From contig OZ024751.1 in assembly GCA_964016885.1 (NCBI GenBank), positions 18,476,001-18,540,000 on the forward strand: a stretch of DNA of 64,000 nucleotides. Reading direction: 5' to 3'. Below are positions 53,842 to 64,000 of the stretch, piece after piece (the stretch's first letter is position 1; each line of letters opens with the position of its first letter). The notes beneath the pieces are model-generated. The model did no database searches. It had not been told where the DNA came from and saw only the letters and a program-made list of their open reading frames with translations. The translations under genes and the position numbers were made by a program. Origin of the DNA: Eledone cirrhosa. Taxonomy: Eukaryota.

Positions 53842-55521
53842 GCATTCATATGGTTTGCAGTCTTAATTTTGGATATTGAAAATTATATTTCAGTATCACA
53901 AAACGAATTATTTTTGCAGGGACCTCGAATGAATACATGCCTTATGTTACTACAAAGCAAATGAAAAATGTTTATATTCCTTCATCCAGCAAAAACAATC
54001 ATTTGATCGGATTCGAGATTTCAAACAGTAAATGTTTTCACTTTTTTCAATGAAGGTAACAAAAGAAACAAACGGTGTTTCATGCATTGCTGCAATATAT
54101 TTTATATGAATCATCGAAAAAGGAAGGTGAAATAAAGTGCCCCTAAATCCAAATGGATTTGTAGGGGCGCCTCCCTGACACACGGCCTATCGTGGGCATT
54201 TCAATCCCGGTGGAGTATATCCCTCTCCAGGTTGTAACCCGACCGGTTTGTTCCAGAGAATGAGCAATGGGAAAAAGGTGAACCCAGTATTGCTCTGATA
54301 CTTTATTTATCTAGCTCGAGATTTGGTAATTCAAAGTTGACTTCGATAGTATTTTAACTCAGATCTCATTGAGCCGGAACAAATACACAGGCACTTTTAA
54401 TCCACCGTTCAACGAGTCTTCCAAACAACGAAAAAGTGTGTTGACATTCAACATCATGATGTTAATGTTGTGTTTTCATTGTTAATATGAAATATTTTGT
54501 GTCGAATTTCTGACCCTGTAATTAAACTATGTTTATTACCATTGATTAAGTTTTATAATACATATATTTAAAAAAAAAATGTGTTTTATTATTCGTTAAA
54601 CACATATAATTAAAAGTATTAAAATACTTTAAAACGAACTAGCTGTTTTCACAGACTTGCTCATGGTTTAATCTTTTATTCACTCACAAAACATAATAAC
54701 TTTTCCAATACGACTCACTATCAAAACATTTTATAGAGAACTTTGTTAGAGCATCGCTGTTGGGACATTGAAGCCCAATTAAATGTAGGGTTGGAAAATT
54801 ATAATATATATCTTTTAATGGTGCTTATGGATGTGTATTTGATGTCTTTCAGTGGGGGACTATATTGTGTATTAATGTAAGATAGGATGATATTCGAACT
54901 CACGGGTCCTTCATCTCGTTACAGTCCACCCAAATTACGATTTAGACACAAGGTCCGCTTTTTTGGGTGAAGGACAGATTTAATGAAATCAACCCCAATT
55001 CTTGATTGGTAATGGTAATGTATTTTATCGACCTCGGAAGGATGCAAGTTAAAGTTGACCAAGACATGATTTGAACTCAGTATATAAAGAGACACAACAC
55101 ATATTGCCATTAAACTAGCGAGAACAGCCCTTCTAGTTCGCATATCTCAGCACCAGATTCATTTCCATGTGAGCTCTTCAAAACCTTAATTTAACTGATC
55201 TTATGGGAGTTGTCTCGGTTTTATTGAGATGTTTTAAACAACCAGAGTGGAAGTTTTTATCCACTTATTGCTTGGATTAAAGATTTTTTTTTTTTTTATC
55301 TCATTCTGTTACTTATTTGGTACACAACCCTATTAGAATTTCCTAAAGAGAATGTTCTCCTGAGATATTTCCACTCGGACATATTCTGAAGGTTATTTAT
55401 TAATCTCACATAATCTACCCCCACCCCCTCACTGATTCACTATGTCTTTCTTTCTCGCTCTCTCTTTCTCTATTCATCTATCACTTTTTCTCTCACTGTG
55501 TGCCTGTACCACTGATACACT

Positions 55522-55611
<90 letters not shown>

Positions 55612-55716
55612 CCGTCAAGTAAGAAATTTGTAGAAGAGAAACAAATTTCTACAAATCTCATACTTGACAAGCCAATATATATGTTTATATATAATACACA
55701 CACACATATATATATA

Positions 55717-55787
<71 letters not shown>

Positions 55788-56196
55788 ATAATAAACACAT
55801 GTCTATCGCAATCTCCGTCAATCTTCTACGAACGCTTCCATCACTAACACACCTACCTCCTTTTCTAAACCAAAACTAGAAATATCACTAGTTTCTTTTC
55901 CCCCTCCTACTTACTCAAAGTTCATGCCTGTGACTAATCCCACCTCATTGACAAACCAGCGAAACAGATTTCACCAAAATATAACTCCTCCTACTCCTTC
56001 TTCTAGATCCCCCACTTCTTCTTCCATCACTGCATCCTACTCACGTCTTTCACTCGCTTTTCACATTTTCCTATAGCATATGTTCCTGTAGAATTGCATT
56101 CTGCTTCTTGCATTCTTGCATTCTGTTATTCGCTCTAACCATTTCTTTCGATTTTTCACAATATCTATTTAATTCTCTTATCTATCTATCTATCTC

Positions 56197-56239
<43 letters not shown>

Positions 56240-56393
56240 ATCTAGCTAGCTAGCTAGCAAACTAGACTCCATCTCTGTGTATGTCTCCCTATATATATAT
56301 ATATGTGTGTGTGTGTGTACATATATATATATACACACGCACACATGGATACCTCCACATGCACATACTTACACGCACACACACACACACATG

Positions 56394-56428
<35 letters not shown>

Positions 56429-57842
56429 ATACACGTATATATATAAAAACAAAGAGGGTGTGGTAAGATACCAGGTGGACCATAACACACCAGAGAACTC
56501 AATACTTAAGGTAGTAGAGTGGGTAATAGGGAAAGAGTCATGACCCCGACGGCTGAGCTCCGGCCGTTTCGACAGCTAGATCTGACTTTTTCCCTATATA
56601 TATATATACAGAGTCACTGAATGTATGTTAGCTTAACATAAGTTGCTTCAACACAGGTATTGTTTTTTTTAAATTTAGGCTTAAAAGCAGCAACAGACGG
56701 GCAAAGGTAAATCTGAAGAGTATCATGAATGCTACTCAAATTCACAATTGTCGTGTATACCGCACGACCTCGACACCTTCACGCCAAAGCGGGGCTGAAC
56801 ACCTTCGGGTAATTTCTAAGCTTTTATCTATCACCCAGTAGATGTAAACTATCAATCAATCATATTGCCGAATCGTTTAGTGGTAGCGTAACCCTCCAAT
56901 GTCCGAGAGGAAAATGTTACCACATAGCATGCTGTCCGCTTTTTCCAACCTCCAGTGGCTTGCGTGCTCATCTTTTTTTTATTGTATATATATATAACTA
57001 TAGCTACTTAAAATTAAAACAAATGAGGCCCTGTGCTAGTTAAGTTATGAGACCCCTTACTTGGACCCTGAATGGGGTAATTCATCGTAAAAATATTTTT
57101 GGGACGGGAAAATTGACCCCCTCCTCTGACCAACAAGGACCGATGCTTAAGCACACCTAAACACAATGGTAAATCCGGCACTGTCTATAGCCAATAAAGA
57201 GGATACGTTTCTTATATGAGATCGAACATGATCAGATTATGCCAGTTGCTTTTCTGAAGATCAAATCCTGTCCGTTGTTTTCATTAAGATCCACTCTTCA
57301 TAGCAATGTGTTTATCTTCCAAATATTTGGATTAGCTGATATTATTGCTGCTTGTTGCCTAAGATGGAGCTAACATTTTTCTTCAATTTACTCGGATAAT
57401 CCCAGTGAGAGGAAGTTTTCCAGCTTAGTAATTATACTACAGATATGAGACATTCATGTTTACTTCCTTGTCTGATGAGATGGAGTACAGGAACGCCCTT
57501 AGCCATATATATATAAATAAGGTGATTCAATAGATTTGTGGTTTATCGAGGAAGGTACCAATATCAGTACTCTATGCCATTAAGAAGAACAAATTGGGGT
57601 TACAAATTGAAGGTTTTGTTGATTGGGCTCAGATACGAACGGTTCAAAGATGGGGGCTCAAGATCAATATTTCTGTTTTACACCCGACTTCAGCCCCAAT
57701 CTGCTCATGAGACTTGTTAATCAAGTCTTGATTAACAAGTATGATGAGCAGATTGAGGATCTTGAGCCACCTATTTATGAAATATTCGTAACTGAGCCTC
57801 ATCAATATAATAAATATATATATATATACTCTTTTACCTGTT

Positions 57843-57902
<60 letters not shown>

Positions 57903-57956
57903 TTCAAGAATAACAATTTGGACAGAGAATGAATAACACAGTCTTGGTAGATAAAT

Positions 57957-58142
57957 AATAGTTTCTACCTTTGGTACAAGGCCAACAACAGACCCAGTAC
58001 ATTACTGGTACTTTATTTTATCGACCCCGTAAGGATGAAAGGTAAAGTTAACCTCGACGGAATTTGAACTCAAACCGTAATGGGACGTAACTGTGCTAGA
58101 AAGCATGGCGTCCAACCCTCTTCCAATACTGCCAATTCACCA
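57957..58142 (-). mobile_element. SINE family A
   Basis: Motif match; another full copy at 59007-59195 (-). Confidence 0.8.
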
Positions 58143-58183
58143 AGTGTTTGAACAAACAAAATCGGAGACGATCTCATATACTA

Positions 58184-58277
58184 AACATATCTGAAGAACT
58201 TTCGATTACAGAATCAGGTTCGATCTGTAACAGATCTTGTCTCGAGATGATCGATAGAGAAACATATGTAATATGTT
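58184..58277 (+). ncRNA. Type I hammerhead motif with branched stem II
   Basis: AACATAT-CTGAAGA-A-CTTTCGAT..[TTACAGA/TCTGTAA; ATCTTG/CGAGAT]..ATCGATAG-A-GAAA-CATATG-TA^ATATGTT. Confidence 0.72.
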
Positions 58278-58746
58278 AATAAATATGATATGATGCAACA
58301 CTGAATCTTCGTTCGGTATAATATACATGTATATATACATATAGCGGTCTTACACCATTGCGTCGCCTTATAATATATATAATTGTTTCTACTTTTGGCA
58401 CAAGGTCAGCAATTAACCAGTGCATTACTGGTACTTTACTTTATCGACGCTGTAAGGATGAAAGGCAAAGTTATATATAATATTTCTGTATATATTTATA
58501 TACACAAAGAAACTCTCTCTCTCTCTCTCTCTTTCTCTCCCTCTCTCTCTCTCTCTCAAACGCACACAAACATATTAAGACCCTCTTCCTGCTATTTCAA
58601 ACATTAACTTAATATATTCCTTCCATATACCGATTGTATTGTTATTTCCGTTTACCTTTTACGTATATATATATATATATTACTATTTTTTACTCTTTTA
58701 CCTGTTACAGCAATCCGGCTGAGTCCATGCTGGGGCACCGCCCTCC

Positions 58747-58788
<42 letters not shown>

Positions 58789-58922
58789 CAAAGGAAGTGT
58801 GGTAAGGAAATAGGTGGACTATAACGCACCAGAGTGCTCGATACTTAGAGTAGTAGATTGATATATATATATATTACTCTTTTACATGCTCCAGTCATCT
58901 GGCTGGGGCCATGCTGGGGTAT

Positions 58923-58960
<38 letters not shown>

Positions 58961-59500
58961 CTTCAAGAATAGCAATTTGGAATGAATAACACAGAGAATA
59001 ATGAATAACTGTTTCTACTTTTGGCACAAGGCCAGCAATTACCCAGTGTATTACTGGTACTTTATTTTATCGACCCCGTAAGGATGAAAGGCAAAGTCAA
59101 CCTCGGCGGGATTTGAACTCAGATCGTAAAGGGACGTAACTATGCTGGAAAGCATGGAGTCCGACTCTCTACCGATACTGCCAATCCACCGCCCTTATGT
59201 ATACAGAGAATAATGAATAACACGGTCTTATTAGTTTCACGCTTACATGTGTGTGTGTGTATGTAACAATGTGTACGAACATGTATTTTCTTCATTTCCA
59301 AAATTCTTCCATTCGTTTGTATCTTTCGATCTCAGTCCACCAAAGCCACCACCCCCACCTCACCACCTTCATCCTATCCTTCTCTATCCTCCTTTCTCTC
59401 CTCCTCGTCTAGTGTCAGAGCGATGATTCTATAATTCTATATAAAACCCCTGCCTTTCATTATTCCTCTCACTACTTCTTTTTCTCTTCCTCTTTCTCAC

Positions 59501-59566
<66 letters not shown>

Positions 59567-59864
59567 CATAGCTTTCTTTCTCCTTTCTCTCTTATTCCCT
59601 CATTCATTCATTTCATCTGTGTCTCTCTCTCACACTACTCCGCCTCTGAATCCGTTATCGACCAATCAGAGTCCAGTAATGTTCACCATTCCTCCACCCC
59701 CTCTCTATGAGACGACCGGCCACTAGGGCTTAATTTTCCTCCTTACAACTATTATCTTCTTCTTCTTCTTCTTCTTCTCGTCGTCGTTGTTTGTTCTTGT
59801 TCGAATTTGTTTCGTTAAGTACGCCCTCCCTTCCCCGCACACACACACACACATACACACATAT

Positions 59865-59902
<38 letters not shown>

Positions 59903-60121
59903 CTGATTACTTCGTTCTTGTTTCTTTTTATTTAGTTTTGTCTTTTATTGTATCTTTTATTGCTAATATCAATATTGTGATTTTCTTTGCTTACGCTATA
60001 TATATATATATATATAAATATATATATATAAATATATATATACATAAATATATATATATATAAATATACATAAATATATATATATATAAATATATATATA
60101 TAAATATATATATATATAAAT

Positions 60122-60173
<52 letters not shown>

Positions 60174-60176
60174 ATG

Positions 60177-60207
<31 letters not shown>

Positions 60208-60350
60208 GTGTATATATATATATGTATATATATATATGTATATATATATTTATATATATGTATATATATGTATATATATATATGTATATATGTATATATA
60301 TATATATGTATATATATGTATATATATATATATGTATATATGTGTATATA

Positions 60351-60398
<48 letters not shown>

Positions 60399-60468
60399 TA
60401 TATATATATATATATGTGTATATATATATATATGTATACATATATATGTGTATATATATATATATATA

Positions 60469-60919
60469 AGAGCAAAGGAGCTCTTAAGTGTCAATGGCCA
60501 TCCAAAATCACCGGGAGAGATGACCCCTTAGCCTTTGTCAAGGCAGAATTCTAGGAGAAGGAAAACTCTGATATAACACCTGCAGCCCTGATGGTATCCA
60601 ATGAAGTTGACTTGTTCTTCTTTTTGGTAAATATCATCTTGGTTAAGAGAGTGGGACTGGCTTTGTGCAGTGCCTTTGCTCACTATAAAAGCTTCACGGC
60701 GCAGGCATTGCTTTATATCTGGAGATCTCTCTGCACTTGTCGTTACATGGTACCATGGGCCTAGCACCATGTGTCAGTAATTGTCACAGGTGTAGTGTTT
60801 GTACCAGAGTTTTCAAGTCGCTGGCTGGACTAAAAAGTCACACTCGTTCAGCGCATCGGTAGGGGTTCTCCTACATGGATATAAAGTAGTGGCCGTACTC
60901 GAAAACGAGTTGGCAGCCA

Positions 60920-60921
<2 letters not shown>
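60469..60921 (+). mobile_element. 5'-truncated copy of the bipartite RTE element
   Basis: High identity to 48709-49160; (TA)n on both sides. Confidence 0.8.
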
Positions 60922-60987
<66 letters not shown>

Positions 60988-62082
60988 ATATATATATATA
61001 TAAATATATATGTATATATTATATATGTATGTATATATATAGTGTTTTATTTTTTGTTATTACTATTTTGGGTTTCTACTTCTCTTTCTTCCATCCTTTT
61101 GCTCTACTAGATTCTTCTCTTACAAACATCGTGGGTGAAACAAGTCAATGTAAGGAGCTACCAATCGAGTGATTGATGTATTAGAAATAGCAACCAAAAT
61201 GTCCCGTCAATTCATACATGCTACTCTTCACAACACAAGTTTGTGTGTATGTGTATGTGTGTATGTGTGTATGTGTGTGTGTGTGTATGTGTGTGCATGC
61301 AAATACAGAATAGTGGGAGGTGGAGAGAGGAAGGTATCTTTAAATCGAAGTCCTGTTCTGAATACATGCAACAGGGTGAACCTGCTAACTTCACCCTGGG
61401 GCCTTGTAGTTAAGGTTATATCGAGCAACAGGTTGAGCCTTCCAGTCTCTTGGAGGCCACAGTGGGATTGGAAACCACTGCACTAACAGGTGAAAAAAAA
61501 TATCGCAAGGCATCCCTTTATTTTATCGACTCCGAACAAATGAAAACTAAAGATGACTACAACGAGATTTGAACTTGTAACAATAAGAGCTGGAAATAAT
61601 AGCGCAAGACTTCTTATCGTGTCGACCCCGTGGAGATGATTTGTGATTTAGGCAGAAGGCCAACTATTTTGGGGGAGAAGAAAGTCAATTAAATCGACCC
61701 CAGTGCGTTACTCGAACATTATTTTATCGATCCCGTAAAAATGAAATGTTAAATTTTCTCAGTTGGATTTAAATTCATTGGGTTAAGAGCTTGAACAAAT
61801 AGTTCAAGGCATCTCTTCTTTTTCATCTTCTTCTCTTTGCTGCAGGGCTACTTATTCGTCCGTCATAAGCCCACATATATCTCAACTATACAGGTGGACT
61901 CAGAGAATGTTGTATTAAGCAGCTGAAAAATCTGGCAGAGTTAATTATTACAGTTGTTTGCAGCCATATAATTAGCAGACGATAATATAGTACTTATGTA
62001 GATAAACTTAATTATCGAAATACTAAGCAAACATCAAACTTTCCAGTTGTTGTCTTCCTGTTTCTTCTACAACAACTACAAC

Positions 62083-62260
62083 GGTACGCGATGGGGCCCA
62101 CCCACAGCCCCGGCGGACAGAATGGAGAAGGCGTTTACCCGGAGGACGGCGAGGGAGGCGCGCTGGAAGAGCCGTTCCAACTCGCGGGGCACACACCTGC
62201 GGCTGGCCAGCTCAGCGCCTATGGTGGTGAGTAAGGAGGTAGCCCTGGGGCCGAGGACCT
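62083..62260 (-). mobile_element. CRE-like 3' fragment
   Basis: Reverse complement of ~20970-21147 with few changes. Confidence 0.85.
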
Positions 62261-62809
62261 CACCATCATTATCTGATGGCCGTATAGCTGTGCGACCCGT
62301 TTACTAGCAGCACAGCTCTGCCGAGAACCGTTCTTGTCTAAGTATAAAAAGTGCCCCTGTTTCGAAATACGTTTTATAAGAGAGGTAAGAGAGTTACTAA
62401 GTGTAAAAATAATGGTTTCTGATTTAGCCACAAGGCCAGCAATATTGTGGGGGGGGGGGGGGGGGGAGTTGATTAAATCAACTCCAGTGCATTACTGGTA
62501 CTTTATTTTATCGATCCCGTAAAAATGAAATGTAACGTTTTGTCAAGTGGATTTGAACTCATAAGGTTAACAGCTGAAGAAATAGTTCAAGGTATCTCAT
62601 CGATCGCATTAACAATTCTGCAATCCACCCAGTACTTTAACTGAGCCTTAATTTTCTTGAGTACCGAAAGTTTGTAAAGTAAATTAGATGTCGCTGGGAT
62701 TTGGAATGCAAGAAACCATAATACATCGGAGAAGGAAAATACAAAATAAAGGGCAGATAATTTTAATGAAGCAAGAATTAATTTCAACATATTCAGAACT
62801 GTTTCTAAA

Positions 62810-63078
62810 GTCTAAAGTCTGTTTCGAGTCGGGAGGCTCATCAGGCTGGTGGTGCTTATCTTGGTTAAGTACCACCAGCCTGTCCACCGTAGTGTTAAAG
62901 TTTGTCTCAAGTCCGGAAGCTCTTCAGGCCGGTGCTTAAAGTGACTGAGGATATAAGACATCCTTTTTGACAGGACGCCAGTCCATCGCAGGGCTAAAGG
63001 TACAGGTATTGCTGGTACACATTTTCAGCTGAGTATACTTGGCCAACGTAAAATGAAGTGTTTTGCTCAAGAACACAA
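62810..63078 (-). mobile_element. SINE family B with internal insertion
   Basis: ttgctcaagaacacaa, gacgccagtccatcgcaggg and tail tctaaagtctgt are reverse complements of family B motifs. Confidence 0.65.
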
Positions 63079-64000
63079 GTTCTTATATATTTAAAATATA
63101 TGCAGAGACAAGTAGTTCAAAGTCGAAGACTAGGTTTCGAGACTCAGTTATAGTTATTTGCCCAATTAGGTAACAGAATCTGTTCAATGCCACCACAAAT
63201 CAAAAACGAAATGTCTTGAAGTTATTTAAGTTTTTTTTCTTTATGTTCTGAGTTCAAATCCCACTGGTACAGACATTGATAAAATTAGTACAAGTCAAGC
63301 ATCAACTTTAGGTTATGATTATGTTAAAAACTCTTCGACCTATGTTAGCTATCAATAGATTAAATTGTTGTCAAATGGTTGAACAACCGCTCCACACTCA
63401 TGAGTTCTCGGGATTGATCCATTAAATGGTATCTTGGTTAAACACCAATCGTTATAGCCTAGGGTTGACCCAGGACTTGTTAGTATAATTATGTAGACAA
63501 AAACTATTTGGAAGCCTGTCGGATGGATTGTACCAGTAATTCATAGAGCCATCCTTGACTTACACAGTGTAATTCTGAATCTCTCTGAATTCTGTTAAAG
63601 GAACACGTGTTTGTGGAATATTCAACCGCTTACAATATATTATAACATATATTAGACTCTACCTGATCAACTTTGTCATACACTGAGTCACTCTTAATCT
63701 CCCTGTTTATATATATGTTACAGAATTATGTTAAAAGAGCGAATGTTTGTGGAATACTCAGCCACTTAAACGTTAATTTCACGTGCAAGCTGTTCTGTGG
63801 ATCGAATAAATGGAAGATTCGAGGTCTGTTCTAAATAACAATACACGGTATTAGTTGTCTTATTTTATTTATCCATTCTGCATTATGTCTATGAAGTACC
63901 AACCGAATAATGAGGGATACTTAAAATAAATACACCACTTTCTCCCCAACCAAACCTTGATCTGTGTTGTCTAACTATGTCGGATTATCAGAATAGTTAG

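Noticed and set aside
62815-62850. CTGATGAG...CGAAAC on the minus strand resembling a hammerhead
   Set aside because: No stem III/UH or stem I; it is the family B SINE tail, and other copies lack the motif.

Overview
Eukaryotic, AT-rich, repeat-saturated DNA. The SINE types and microsatellite density resemble an octopod cephalopod; this is an inference, not verified. I can support no intact host protein-coding gene, and nearly all tracked ORFs are read-throughs of (TA)n, (TG)n, (GA)n, (ATC)n or (GTT)n repeats. Real content: decayed non-LTR retrotransposon fragments (R4/Dong, RTE, CRE), more than 25 tRNA-derived SINE copies, a three-copy bipartite non-autonomous RTE element, a non-autonomous Helitron, mariner- and piggyBac-type MITEs, tandem arrays (189, 102, 50/77 and 37 bp units) and a damaged tRNA-Asp copy inside a TSD-flanked insertion. 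The most notable signal is non-coding: 12 manually folded type I hammerhead ribozyme (HHR) motifs from about 8 unrelated short repeat families, mostly in or next to (TA)n tracts. They match the pattern known for Penelope-like element termini and metazoan non-LTR retrozymes. They include a near-identical ~557-bp tandem dimer that could release a 568-nt monomer, two HHRs with branched stem II, truncated copies that start at the predicted cleavage site, and many fold-back palindromes. All structures were folded by eye, and repeat boundaries are approximate.
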